In this document: piece by piece, positions 44,476 to 53,446 of the stretch
Numbering within the stretch: the first letter of the stretch is position 1
Layout: every line of letters starts with the position of its first letter
Virus record (IMG/VR): IMGVR_UViG_3300038443_002533
Coordinates: 96,001-160,000 of that record
Source of the DNA: a virus
Taxonomy: Duplodnaviria; Caudoviricetes
Strand: one strand, 5' to 3'
Length of the DNA: 64,000 bases
The notes under the pieces: generated by a model
Database searches by the model: none
Seen by the model: only the letters and a program-made list of their open reading frames with translations
Told to the model about the DNA's origin: nothing
Program-made: the position numbers and the translations under genes

Positions 44476-44727
44476 ATGGGTATAACTTACTCCAGCCTGT
44501 TTTTAGGTAACCGCACGCTTTACGAACTGAAAGTCCCGGAACACGTGGGCGGCTTAGTGCGTAAAGTGGGTAAAATGACAATCCAAGCCAGAGTGGAAGA
44601 ACAGCGCGTGGAAGACAAACAGCAACGCGCCAAGCTCTCGCAGAAGCGGCATAAAAGCAAAACCTTCCACGTCAACAAAAAGAAAGACGTACCGCCGTTT
44701 CTCCAGAATCTCGTCAAGAAAGCCTGA
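44476..44727 (+). CDS. Small basic hypothetical protein
   Basis: 83 aa, K/R/Q-rich. Confidence 0.5.
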   Translation: MGITYSSLFLGNRTLYELKVPEHVGGLVRKVGKMTIQARVEEQRVEDKQQRAKLSQKRHKSKTFHVNKKKDVPPFLQNLVKKA

Positions 44728-44805
44728 ACAGTTATTTTTCACCTTGTAGACCTATTAATGGGGAGGTCTACATTCATACCTCCATAATCAACAATAGGAA
44801 CATTC

Positions 44806-45381
44806 ATGAACACCACGAAAAGCACCGAAGCCAAGATCAAACTGAACAACTTCAATTTCGACTCGCACGAAGTCAATCTGATCCATCGTCAATTCAGCGG
44901 AGAACGGACCCAGTTCATTTCGACCATCGATGAACTGCTGCGCTGCTGGGCCATGGCTGATTCGACCAACCCGAACATCCAGTTCAACTATGAACTCCTC
45001 TCGCGCGTCGAGAATGGCAAAGCGGTGAACCGTGAACAGCTGTACGAGGCTGACCATGTTTCGGTTTTCTTCCAACACGTCTCGGAAAAAACGGCGGTGC
45101 CGATTGCCGCGACACTGAACGCTCCGAAGCAGCTGACCAAGCTGTACGACCTGGCGTTCACCAATGCCCGTCCGACGCTGCCGGCGCATACCGTGGCGTC
45201 CCACTTCACTCTGCGCGAAGTGCTGGCCCGCGCTGCGGAATACGCAGTCATGGTTACCGTTAACGGTACGACCCTGAGCGTATTCGTCTCGGAAAGTGAA
45301 ATCAATCACTACATGTATTTCGACCTGAAACTGTTCGGCGATCTGAAGCCGTTCGTGGACCAGGTCAACGCCGCACAGTAA
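44806..45381 (+). CDS. Hypothetical protein
   Basis: 191 aa, ATAATCAACAATAGGAA leader, typical codon bias. Confidence 0.7.
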   Translation: MNTTKSTEAKIKLNNFNFDSHEVNLIHRQFSGERTQFISTIDELLRCWAMADSTNPNIQFNYELLSRVENGKAVNREQLYEADHVSVFFQHVSEKTAVPIAATLNAPKQLTKLYDLAFTNARPTLPAHTVASHFTLREVLARAAEYAVMVTVNGTTLSVFVSESEINHYMYFDLKLFGDLKPFVDQVNAAQ

Positions 45382-45445
45382 CGGCATCATCCTGCCTCCC
45401 ATCCCCCTGTTTGGGTGGGAGGATTCTATGACCTAAAGGACTATC

Positions 45446-45583
45446 ATGGATAAGAAATACTACGCCGACGGTTGGCGTGCACGGTGCAAGAACGAGCCGT
45501 TCGATCCTAATGCGTCCGCCGATTGGCAAGACGGTTGGAATGACCGCAACGAAGCGCCACAGGAAGAAACGGTGCCGGTATGA
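45446..45583 (+). CDS. RMF-like microprotein 1 (45 aa, below the ORF-track cutoff)
   Basis: AAGGA RBS; MDKKYYADGWRARCKNEPFDPNASADWQDGWNDRNEAPQEETVPV. Confidence 0.65.
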   Translation: MDKKYYADGWRARCKNEPFDPNASADWQDGWNDRNEAPQEETVPV

Positions 45584-45717
45584 GGGCAACCGCTTTTGAA
45601 GTGGGGTTTCATGCGTTTTGCAAATACCAGCCCTTCGACGTCTCGCAATCGCAAGAGTGGAAAAATGGCTGGATTCACGCACAAGCCTTAGAACAACAAA
45701 TCTTAACCACTGGCTAG
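45580..45717 (+). CDS. RMF-like microprotein 2 (45 aa)
   Basis: ATGA overlap; MRATAFEVGFHAFCKYQPFDVSQSQEWKNGWIHAQALEQQILTTG. Confidence 0.6.
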   Translation: MRATAFEVGFHAFCKYQPFDVSQSQEWKNGWIHAQALEQQILTTG

Positions 45718-45727
45718 GAAAACCAAC

Positions 45728-45898
45728 ATGTCCAAAACTAAATCGAATAGCATCGAGAACTTATTGTTCGCGCTGGTTATCGGACTCGCGTTCTGCTTCG
45801 ATCGGCGACAAGAGCCCGAAGAAGAGATCAACTTCGGTTGGATCGCGGTCTGGGTCGTCGCTATCGCCATCATCGGGTACTGGAAGCATTATGCGTGA
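45728..45898 (+). CDS. 56 aa two-TM microprotein
   Basis: AGGAA RBS; MSKTKSNSIENLLFALVIGLAFCFDRRQEPEEEINFGWIAVWVVAIAIIGYWKHYA. Confidence 0.55.
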   Translation: MSKTKSNSIENLLFALVIGLAFCFDRRQEPEEEINFGWIAVWVVAIAIIGYWKHYA

Positions 45899-46487
45899 GC
45901 TGACTCTTCAGGAACGGTTGATCGCGGTGGAGTTGGCGAGCCGCCACTACATCCCCAGCGCTACGGTGCAACACCCACAAGGCGTGATCGTGCCGGGCGA
46001 TAAGTTCATGACGGACAAACTGCGCGACCCGGACTATGTACCGTATTGCTTGGCCTGTTCGCCTGCTCAACGGCTGCGTCGCATCGAAGAAGGGTTTCAA
46101 TGCCCGTGCTGCAACACCAAAGCGAATTGGGATCTGACTACCTTCAACGACAACGTCGACGTCGAGTTCGAACCTGAACACGCGGAAGCTGGCGATATCG
46201 CGAGGATGAAGTTGCGTGCCGCTAAAATCGCGGCAGAACAACTCATCCGCGAGACGCCGGCTTATCCGCCCCGTTACTGGGGCGAGGATGAAGGTAAGAA
46301 GAATACGTCGCTGCACGCGTGCGGTAAGTGCGGGGAAACGTTCTTCGGCAAGAACAAGCGGAAGTACTGCAAGATCTGCCAAACGCCGATCAGTGCCAAT
46401 CAAGCTATTGAACAAAGAGCGAGGCAGCGTCATCCTTACATGGAACCGCCGGCCGCTGTGAATCGTAAGGAGCGTCGTCGTGGGTGA
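45891..46487 (+). CDS. Zinc-ribbon protein with four CxxC pairs
   Basis: Start moved to 45891; CLAC, CPCC, CGKC, CKIC. Confidence 0.65.
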   Translation: MRELTLQERLIAVELASRHYIPSATVQHPQGVIVPGDKFMTDKLRDPDYVPYCLACSPAQRLRRIEEGFQCPCCNTKANWDLTTFNDNVDVEFEPEHAEAGDIARMKLRAAKIAAEQLIRETPAYPPRYWGEDEGKKNTSLHACGKCGETFFGKNKRKYCKICQTPISANQAIEQRARQRHPYMEPPAAVNRKERRRG

Positions 46488-46653
46488 TTTTTCGGTGGTA
46501 CTTAAAACCCTCCAGGGTGGGAAGAAGTTTTATAGCCAAGGCTGGAATGCCCGGGTGAACAACGAGCCTTACGATCAACAAGCCTCACCCGATTGGAAAA
46601 TCGGTTGGCGTGACTGTGAGGCGACTCCACCAGAAGAACGTAGCCTGGTTTAA
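46480..46653 (+). CDS. RMF-like microprotein 3 (57 aa, GTG start)
   Basis: AAGGAG RBS; ...KKFYSQGWNARVNNEPYDQQASPDWKIGWRDCEATPPEERSLV. Confidence 0.6.
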   Translation: MGDFSVVLKTLQGGKKFYSQGWNARVNNEPYDQQASPDWKIGWRDCEATPPEERSLV

Positions 46654-46664
46654 GGGGGGTGGTG

Positions 46665-46826
46665 ATGAATGCTGACCAAGCCCATGAGTTATTGCGTACC
46701 GTCGCCGAGCATATGCACAAAAATGCCCATCTCGTGTACGGTATCAAGAACGCCGAGAAAGCCCGTGAAGCAATCGCCGAAGCCTTAATGGTGGACAAAG
46801 CTTCACGGGAAGCTAACCAAAAATAA
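46665..46826 (+). CDS. 53 aa helical microprotein
   Basis: MNADQAHELLRTVAEHMHKNAHLVYGIKNAEKAREAIAEALMVDKASREANQK fills the gap exactly. Confidence 0.5.
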   Translation: MNADQAHELLRTVAEHMHKNAHLVYGIKNAEKAREAIAEALMVDKASREANQK

Positions 46827-46836
46827 CGAGGACCTT

Positions 46837-47742
46837 ATGGGTGTCTATCAAATTTGGACCGTACAGATGTCGCGCAGCCGTAATTTGAAAGACAAAGGCA
46901 TCCATGCCCTCGACACGACGGTAAAATCCGGCATCAAAGCGTTTGCGCCCAAGTGGGACATGGTTATGGCGCATAAAGAGCAAAGGCTCTCGGACGCGCA
47001 GTATACAGACCAGTACACCCGCATGATGCGGGAGTCACGGCAGAATAACCACACTATCTGGAAGAAATTACAAGATCATGAGAAAACTGCTGTTCTTTGT
47101 TATTGCAGCCCAGGTAAGTTTTGCCATCGCCATCTTTTTATTCATGAAATGAAAGATTACCTGGAGAGTTTGGGCCACACGGTCGAACTTAAAGGGGAAA
47201 TCAACGGGCCGCAGTATTACAGTGAGATCCCGAAAGCGGTGGTCTCCATTCCCCGTGACGAAAAGATTGTTCCGTTTTATAGCAAGTACGATTTGTTGTC
47301 GAATCACAACCCTTCAGGTTTTACCATCAAAGGGGTGACGTTTAAGCATGTCGAGCAATTCATGATGTATTGCAAGGCGATGCTGTTTAACGACAAACTC
47401 CAAGCGGGTTTGATTCTGGCAGAACCCGATCCGCAGAAGTGTAAGATATTGGGACGGGGTGTTAGGCCGTTCGATGAAGCGTTGTGGGTGTCGAAGCGGC
47501 GACGCTATGTGTATCTCGGCTGTTTGCAAAAGGCCCGGGAGCACAAAGAAGTGCGCGATTATCTGTTGTCGACAGGTAATGCGATTTTGGTGGAAGCTAG
47601 TCCACGCGATACGATATGGGGCGTAGGGATCGCTAAGGAAGATCCGCGCATCTACGATATCGAGCAATGGCAGGGATTGAATTTACTGGGAGAGATCTGG
47701 ATGGAAGTGCGCCGGGTCTTACAAGCGGAAGTGGTATTCTAA
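46837..47742 (+). CDS. DUF488-like domain fused to a NADAR (YbiA-family) ADP-ribosyl hydrolase
   Basis: N-terminal FAPKWDMV...LCYC...FCHRH; C-terminal LSN..VEQF...KAMLFND...LGR.V..FD...LL.TG...LVEASP.D.IWG.G...GLNLLG. Confidence 0.85.
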   Translation: MGVYQIWTVQMSRSRNLKDKGIHALDTTVKSGIKAFAPKWDMVMAHKEQRLSDAQYTDQYTRMMRESRQNNHTIWKKLQDHEKTAVLCYCSPGKFCHRHLFIHEMKDYLESLGHTVELKGEINGPQYYSEIPKAVVSIPRDEKIVPFYSKYDLLSNHNPSGFTIKGVTFKHVEQFMMYCKAMLFNDKLQAGLILAEPDPQKCKILGRGVRPFDEALWVSKRRRYVYLGCLQKAREHKEVRDYLLSTGNAILVEASPRDTIWGVGIAKEDPRIYDIEQWQGLNLLGEIWMEVRRVLQAEVVF

Positions 47743-47753
47743 CGGAGAAAAAG

Positions 47754-48404
47754 GTGTTCTACAAAGCCTTTCAGCAGTACGTCCAAACCAAATGGCGAAA
47801 AATGTATAACGACCTGTACGATCTGGTCGAAGGATTTATGTTCGCGGTACTCATCACTGCGTTGGCGCAACCATGGTTGATTCACGTCAATGACTGGTTG
47901 CTGGACACGCGCACCATCGTGCCGGTGTACCTCACACTGTGGACTGTGGGCATGGCCTTGATGCCGCCGCTGCGGATGTTGCTCTCCGCATTCTGCTACG
48001 GGTGCCGGTTTTATGGTGATTATGAAATCATCCATGGCACCTTCGGCTACCGCGCGTTTCGCGTGACCCCGGCCCAACAAGAATACCTTGCACTGTATTA
48101 CGAGAAGCGTCCTCGTAAGAAAGAACTTATCATCGCCTCCGCCATCATCGATGGCTCGGGTACGATCTGGTGTGTGGAAAAACCTGGACGCCATCACCAC
48201 TGCATCTGGTACATGGCACAACACGCTGCCAACAAACAAGAACACACCCAAGGTTTTCTGACCAACCAATATCGTTTCATCGGGCGGGAAGCCGGTCGAC
48301 TGCTGGCCCTGCATACGGGTCAAGTCAAACGCACGGACCACGATGAGGATCTGTTCTCAGAAGACCTGTGGGACACCCCCGAACACCTTCGCTATAAAGG
48401 TTAA
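47754..48404 (+). CDS. Membrane protein with a conserved phage C-terminal domain
   Basis: GTG start with GGAG RBS; two TM segments; RHHH...QGFLT...F..RE...LFSEDLW. Confidence 0.6.
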   Translation: MFYKAFQQYVQTKWRKMYNDLYDLVEGFMFAVLITALAQPWLIHVNDWLLDTRTIVPVYLTLWTVGMALMPPLRMLLSAFCYGCRFYGDYEIIHGTFGYRAFRVTPAQQEYLALYYEKRPRKKELIIASAIIDGSGTIWCVEKPGRHHHCIWYMAQHAANKQEHTQGFLTNQYRFIGREAGRLLALHTGQVKRTDHDEDLFSEDLWDTPEHLRYKG

Positions 48405-48407
48405 CCC

Positions 48408-49091
48408 ATGTTTCACTTCGATCCTGCTCTTCGAGCTAAGCTGGAGCGTATTCCCTCTCAAAAAGAATGGCTGGCAATGCTGAGAAAAGAACTCATGCGC
48501 AAACCCCGCTTCGGCTTTAACACCCACGGTAACGTGATTCCGGTCCCTAACCCGGGTGGTAAGAATGTCACCATCATCGCGGCCATGGATAACCACAACG
48601 GGATCGGCAAGGATAACCAGATCCCCTGGAAGATCAGCGAGGATCTGCGCCAGTTCAAACGTCTGACCCAACACAGCACGGTCATCATGGGTCGTAAGAC
48701 CTTCGAGTCGCTGGGCTGCAAACCGTTGCCGAATCGACTGAATGTCGTGCTGACGCGGGACATCCCGGGGTTCTATGATCGTCATTCGTATGACAACCTC
48801 GTGGCGATGTGGAATTTGAAAGACGCGATCGAGACTTGTCAGTCTGAACAGGTCTTCATCATCGGCGGTGGCGAGATCTATCGGCAAACCCTGGAGATGA
48901 ATCTGGCGCACGACATGCTTCTCACGCGTATCCAGCGTGACACCGAGTGCGATGCGTTTTTCCCGAAGTTCGACACCAGCCCCGCCTGGCTCGCGCCAGT
49001 GTACAGTACGCACGCCCTGAGTGGGGGCGGCACCATGCGCTACGAATACTGGCGCCGTGCGACGCAAGAACCGCTTTACTTGAAAGAATAG
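48408..49091 (+). CDS. folA: Dihydrofolate reductase with an N-terminal extension
   Basis: IIAAMD...GIGKDNQIPW..SEDL..FK.LT, VIMGRKT, PLPNRLNVVL, IIGGGEIY, DAFFP. Confidence 0.95.
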   Translation: MFHFDPALRAKLERIPSQKEWLAMLRKELMRKPRFGFNTHGNVIPVPNPGGKNVTIIAAMDNHNGIGKDNQIPWKISEDLRQFKRLTQHSTVIMGRKTFESLGCKPLPNRLNVVLTRDIPGFYDRHSYDNLVAMWNLKDAIETCQSEQVFIIGGGEIYRQTLEMNLAHDMLLTRIQRDTECDAFFPKFDTSPAWLAPVYSTHALSGGGTMRYEYWRRATQEPLYLKE

Positions 49092-49096
49092 CCACC

Positions 49097-49585
49097 ATGA
49101 GCACCACTCGTACCAAACGTACTCACAAAGCAACTGGCCGTCGTATCAACACTGTCGCGCAATCTGACGAGCGTCTGTCGATCGACCGCCGGGTATATCT
49201 ACCTTTTGATCTGGCCATTGTCCACGGGGCGATGCAAAACTTCCGTTTGGACCTGGCCAAAGGCATGCATCATTATTTGGACGACTGGCTGTTGTATAAG
49301 TCGAATTATTTGTCCGAAGCTTTGGGGTACATGAAAGACGATGGGTGCAATTTGTATCCTGGACACAATAGCGAATGGTGGATTCATACGGAACGCACCT
49401 GCGGGGTGCTGCGCATGCCGACGGATCGTTCGGTGAGGCTCTTGGATTTGTTCGACATGTGGATCGATATGGACGACCCCGAGCTTCTCAAGAGTGACGA
49501 CTTCCCGTGCCCCACCAAGATCAACTCGAACCTGGCCATCGATAAAGCGACGAAAGCGTTCGAGCGTCGGTTCTGCTATAACTGA
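49097..49585 (+). CDS. Hypothetical protein
   Basis: Start moved to 49097; contiguous with its neighbours. Confidence 0.6.
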   Translation: MSTTRTKRTHKATGRRINTVAQSDERLSIDRRVYLPFDLAIVHGAMQNFRLDLAKGMHHYLDDWLLYKSNYLSEALGYMKDDGCNLYPGHNSEWWIHTERTCGVLRMPTDRSVRLLDLFDMWIDMDDPELLKSDDFPCPTKINSNLAIDKATKAFERRFCYN

Positions 49586-49596
49586 TAGGAGTTGTT

Positions 49597-49872
49597 ATGG
49601 ATGATACGCCACAAGACTTGGAAAGCGTGATCAGCCGGACGGCTTTGCCGCAGCTGCAACAATACAACGCGTTGCAAGCCAAGGAACCGATCACGTCGTT
49701 TACCATCACCAACCAACTGCGGATCGCCATGCCTAAGGATGGGGAATCGACCGACCAATCCTGCTTCGAGCAGCTCTGGGTGGCCACCGCCCGTGATCAG
49801 AGTACCTTACAAGACTGGCGTCCAGTACAGACGCTGGAAGAGAAAATCGCTTCGCAAGGGAGTTCGACGTGA
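49597..49872 (+). CDS. Hypothetical protein
   Basis: AGGAG RBS; WQ/WR..V.T ending. Confidence 0.6.
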   Translation: MDDTPQDLESVISRTALPQLQQYNALQAKEPITSFTITNQLRIAMPKDGESTDQSCFEQLWVATARDQSTLQDWRPVQTLEEKIASQGSST

Positions 49873-50120
49873 CTGCCGATATCCGCATCATCGATGGCTT
49901 GACCATCAAACTCATCCCCAAGGACATGTTCAAAGATCGGGATGAGCAAGTCCGTAGTGTGACCTTGACGGCACTCGCCCACATTCAAGACCGCGGTTTG
50001 CGTGTTGAAGAAGTCGTGCGGATCTTCCGCGGTAATGCGTTCGTGGGTGTATCCCGTAAGAACCTCGACGGGTTGGTAGCGTCGTGGGTCGATGTGTGGA
50101 AACGCCATGGCCGCTTCTGA
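49869..50120 (+). CDS. Hypothetical protein, paralog of 50107
   Basis: GTGA overlap; IRI..G...IP...RG..V.E....FRG...W...W...G.F. Confidence 0.6.
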   Translation: MTADIRIIDGLTIKLIPKDMFKDRDEQVRSVTLTALAHIQDRGLRVEEVVRIFRGNAFVGVSRKNLDGLVASWVDVWKRHGRF

Positions 50121-50382
50121 AGTGGCAAGCACCTCGACCATCCGCATCGACAACGGTAAGTGGGCAAAAGCGATCCCCATCGGGATGCTGTTAGGCCATG
50201 AAGACAAGATCAAAACGTTCTTCCATTGCACGATTACTGGGCTTCTGGCGCGGGGCGTGAAGGTGAAAGAATTCATCGAGTGTTTTCGAGGCGGGAATTA
50301 TAACCACCTGACGATGCAGGAAATGGACTTCTTGCTGCACACCTGGGTGTATTGTTGGGAAAAAAAGGGGCATTTTGAGTAA
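50107..50382 (+). CDS. Hypothetical protein, paralog of 49869
   Basis: Same pattern as the upstream gene. Confidence 0.6.
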   Translation: MAASEVASTSTIRIDNGKWAKAIPIGMLLGHEDKIKTFFHCTITGLLARGVKVKEFIECFRGGNYNHLTMQEMDFLLHTWVYCWEKKGHFE

Positions 50383-50394
50383 TGGCGATAAGCG

Positions 50395-50415
50395 ATTTCG
50401 CGCACATATTACCTC
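50395..50415 (+). promoter_or_regulatory. phiKZ-type early promoter candidate
   Basis: CATATTAC at 50405-50412, identical octamer to 32413-32420, intergenic. Confidence 0.45.
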
Positions 50416-50438
50416 TTTGATCTAGCTCGCATGATGAG

Positions 50439-50473
50439 AGACCAGTCCTTCGGGGCTGGTCTTTTATGCCGTC
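50439..50473 (+). terminator. UUCG-loop hairpin followed by TTTATGCCGTC
   Basis: AGACCAGTCC-TTCG-GGGCTGGTCT; TATG at 50465-50468. Confidence 0.75.
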
Positions 50474-50533
50474 ATCCGGGTAAAAAACATCCAGAACTCC
50501 GATTCTCTGTATAACCAACAATAAGGAAGCATA

Positions 50534-51079
50534 ATGAACGAAGGTATTTTGTATTGGGATCTCGCCCATCGACTGGATGTCGCGCGTGAAAGTCCGGATG
50601 AGTTCGGTAACGGTCCGATTTACAAGATGGCACAGCTCGATGGCGGCATCAAGTTCTTCATTCTCGCACTGGAAGAGTTGGGCGCCAAGACACGGTACTC
50701 GTGCGAAGGTCACCCATACGGCGCTTACGTGGCGTTTGATGCTCCGGTTCGTCTGATTCGCAGTATCCATTTCACTAACACGTTCACGTTGGTGGCCGAT
50801 CTGAACGAGATGCGTCTTGACGGCATGTGCGACTGCGCGATGTATGCGGATCACAAGCGACACAGAACGGGCCAGGATGCTGCTTTATGGGCAGAAGCGT
50901 ACACCGAAGAAATGCGGGTGGACTTTCTGCGTCAAGCTGCCGACCAATGGATGCGGCGTTTCGGTTATCGCTTACCGAAGTTGCGGCAACAACTGGAAGC
51001 CCTCGCTGCCCAGATTCCGCTGGAACAACAATTATACAACCAACAACAAGGAGCTGTAAATGGCAATTCCCCTGAATGA
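50534..51079 (+). CDS. Conserved hypothetical protein (T..SCxGH family)
   Basis: LDGGI...ILAL...GAKTRYSCEGH; consensus leader ATAACCAACAATAAGGAA. Confidence 0.65.
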   Translation: MNEGILYWDLAHRLDVARESPDEFGNGPIYKMAQLDGGIKFFILALEELGAKTRYSCEGHPYGAYVAFDAPVRLIRSIHFTNTFTLVADLNEMRLDGMCDCAMYADHKRHRTGQDAALWAEAYTEEMRVDFLRQAADQWMRRFGYRLPKLRQQLEALAAQIPLEQQLYNQQQGAVNGNSPE

Positions 51080-51374
51080 CGTAATGGCCAAACTCGACGA
51101 GAAAACCGAACTGTCGGATCAAATCATCGCCAAAATCGATGATGATCTGTCGGATCGTCGCGTGGTCAAGCAGAACGTCATGTACCAAACGAGCAACCCG
51201 ACATGGCGGTTCAGTTTCGACGGCACCCTTACGGTCGGCGACAAGCAATACATCATCCAGCAATACAAGGCCGCAGGCTGGGGCGAAGTCGAAGTCTACA
51301 ACTCGGAAGAAAACGAAGAGCGTGGTGGTCTGTGCGGTGTCAGGTTGTCGCGTGACGCTACCATGATCGCTTAA
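51060..51374 (+). CDS. Hypothetical protein
   Basis: AAGGAG RBS; YKAAGW motif. Confidence 0.6.
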   Translation: MAIPLNDVMAKLDEKTELSDQIIAKIDDDLSDRRVVKQNVMYQTSNPTWRFSFDGTLTVGDKQYIIQQYKAAGWGEVEVYNSEENEERGGLCGVRLSRDATMIA

Positions 51375-51416
51375 CCCAGCAGTAACTACAATTAACAACT
51401 AACTAAGGATATCATC

Positions 51417-52787
51417 ATGAAAAACCAAAACCAACGTGAAGAAGTCAAATTCGCATTCTCTCTCGAAGCCGACGGTTCGGTCTCTCCCAAACTCGTGGTC
51501 CGCAACACCAACGTCGTGGCTGAAATTCCGGCCCGCGTCTATCGCTTGGAAGTGAGCGAAGAGTCGGGTGTGCGCCTGGTGCCCGAGAACGACTTCAAAA
51601 TGCCGGCTAAGATCTACGGCAAGGTCAACAACCACGCGCAGCGTATCCTGCGCTCCTACGAGCTGAACAGCAAAAACCTCGGCGTGCTGCTGATCGGCGA
51701 TGCGGGTTCTGGCAAAACGCTGACGCTTAAACAGGTCGCGATGCTCGCGGTCGAACTGCAATACCCGGTCATCCTTATCGATGAAGCAGTACACGGCAAT
51801 ATCCTCGCCCAGTTCCTGGCCACCATCACGCAACCGTGCGTGGTGTGCATCGATGAATTCGACAAGAAATACGGCGGCCGCGATAAGGACGGCGACGCGG
51901 TTCCGGGAATGAAACAGGATGCGATTCTGGAACTGCTCGACGGCGCCAATTCGGCGCACAAGAAGATCTTCATCCTGACGGCCAACAACGATGACGCTAT
52001 CTCGGTGTATTTGAAGGATCGTCCGAGCCGGATTCGTTACACGCTCCCGTACAAACGGATCGAACAAGACACCGTGATCGACTACGTCGGCAGTGAACTC
52101 AAGAACTGCACGGAGGAAGATATCCGCGCGTTCCTGTTGCTCACCATGGCGGACTCGGATGGCTTCCGTGGCTTGAACTTCGATTCGATGGCTGAACTGG
52201 TGAACGAAATGAATCAATTCCAGTGCCCGCTCGACGAAGCGCTGGAGTTCATGATTCGTCAAGGTAAGGTCTGCCGCAGCTCGTTCGAAGTCACCGTGTT
52301 CCACAACGGCCAGAAGATCCATACCGCTGGTGCGCATGGTCGACACAACGGCGTGTATCTGCACACGGGCGATTACGAGATCAAGTTCATCGTGACCGTG
52401 CCGAGTGCGGATCGTCCTGGCTGTGCCGATCGCGTCGCCGTCACGCTCACCAAAGACCACTATGTGGGCTCCGGTGAAAACTACTTGATGTCGGAATTCA
52501 AGTACGGCGATTTCACCTTTATGCTCCAGCTGGTGAACTACGCCAAAGCCAGCCATGCGGCGTCGATATCGGATAAGGAATACAAGGAGCGTCCGGAAGT
52601 AAAAGCGCATGCGGAAGCGAAGGCCAAGGAGAGGAAAGAAAGACCTGACGGCGGTGGCAACAATGACATGCACCCGCTCCGGATCATGTTCCATGGCAAC
52701 AACGACGCCGATTTTCCTGAGACCATGGAGATGCAAGCTCTGCTCTCTTCGAAACATTTCGGCGGCCGCACTGGCACCAACGGTTAA
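51417..52787 (+). CDS. AAA+ ATPase
   Basis: Walker A GDAGSGKT, Walker B VCIDEFDK, sensor TAN, arginine finger DRPSRIRY. Confidence 0.9.
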   Translation: MKNQNQREEVKFAFSLEADGSVSPKLVVRNTNVVAEIPARVYRLEVSEESGVRLVPENDFKMPAKIYGKVNNHAQRILRSYELNSKNLGVLLIGDAGSGKTLTLKQVAMLAVELQYPVILIDEAVHGNILAQFLATITQPCVVCIDEFDKKYGGRDKDGDAVPGMKQDAILELLDGANSAHKKIFILTANNDDAISVYLKDRPSRIRYTLPYKRIEQDTVIDYVGSELKNCTEEDIRAFLLLTMADSDGFRGLNFDSMAELVNEMNQFQCPLDEALEFMIRQGKVCRSSFEVTVFHNGQKIHTAGAHGRHNGVYLHTGDYEIKFIVTVPSADRPGCADRVAVTLTKDHYVGSGENYLMSEFKYGDFTFMLQLVNYAKASHAASISDKEYKERPEVKAHAEAKAKERKERPDGGGNNDMHPLRIMFHGNNDADFPETMEMQALLSSKHFGGRTGTNG

Positions 52788-52803
52788 CTAAGAAAGGTTC
52801 CAC

Positions 52804-53214
52804 ATGAACACCAAAGAAAAAAGGATTCGCATCACCAGCCAGAACTTCGGTGGCCCGCACAAAGCCGAAGTGGTGACGTTCGATGAAACGTATCCACCGA
52901 TGTCTGGCGGTCCGATCCAGCTCTCCTCGGAACAGTTGGAAGTGAAGTTCGCGACGCTGCTCGCGCAAGCCGCTTACTCCGGCTATGACGTCGAGATCAC
53001 CAAGCACAACGATCCGACCAAAGGCATGGGCGGCCACATCCCACACCTCATCATCCGCCCGGATTACCAGACCGCCCGGGCCGCGATGACCCGCGCCGCC
53101 GAGATCGACGCCCACTTCAAGCAACACGGCTGTCATGGGTTCACGGTGGCTGATGCGGAAGACGAGCGCAAGGTTCTCTTTACGATGCCTGCAAAAACCA
53201 CCATCGATGGGTGA
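52804..53214 (+). CDS. Hypothetical protein, weakly like the domain-A proteins at 57012-58963
   Basis: FATLLAQAAYSGYDVEI. Confidence 0.6.
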   Translation: MNTKEKRIRITSQNFGGPHKAEVVTFDETYPPMSGGPIQLSSEQLEVKFATLLAQAAYSGYDVEITKHNDPTKGMGGHIPHLIIRPDYQTARAAMTRAAEIDAHFKQHGCHGFTVADAEDERKVLFTMPAKTTIDG

Positions 53215-53446
53215 TGACGATAACGTACCTCTCCTGAAAAGTGCGCAGTTGTATTGGGACCCTAACAACGTTGAGATCGTCGCGGCGTTGAAAGTGGCTC
53301 CCCAGTACCTGCCCAAGATCATTCTCGAACGACTGGTGAAAGAACTCGATCGTCGCCTGATGCAGATGTATGACAAGGTGGCCTTCGAGCGCGAACACGG
53401 TTTAGTAAACTATGACTTGCTTGATAAGGGAGAAGCTGATGCGTAA
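53207..53446 (+). CDS. Hypothetical protein
   Basis: Start moved to 53207; overlaps both neighbours. Confidence 0.5.
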   Translation: MGDDDNVPLLKSAQLYWDPNNVEIVAALKVAPQYLPKIILERLVKELDRRLMQMYDKVAFEREHGLVNYDLLDKGEADA

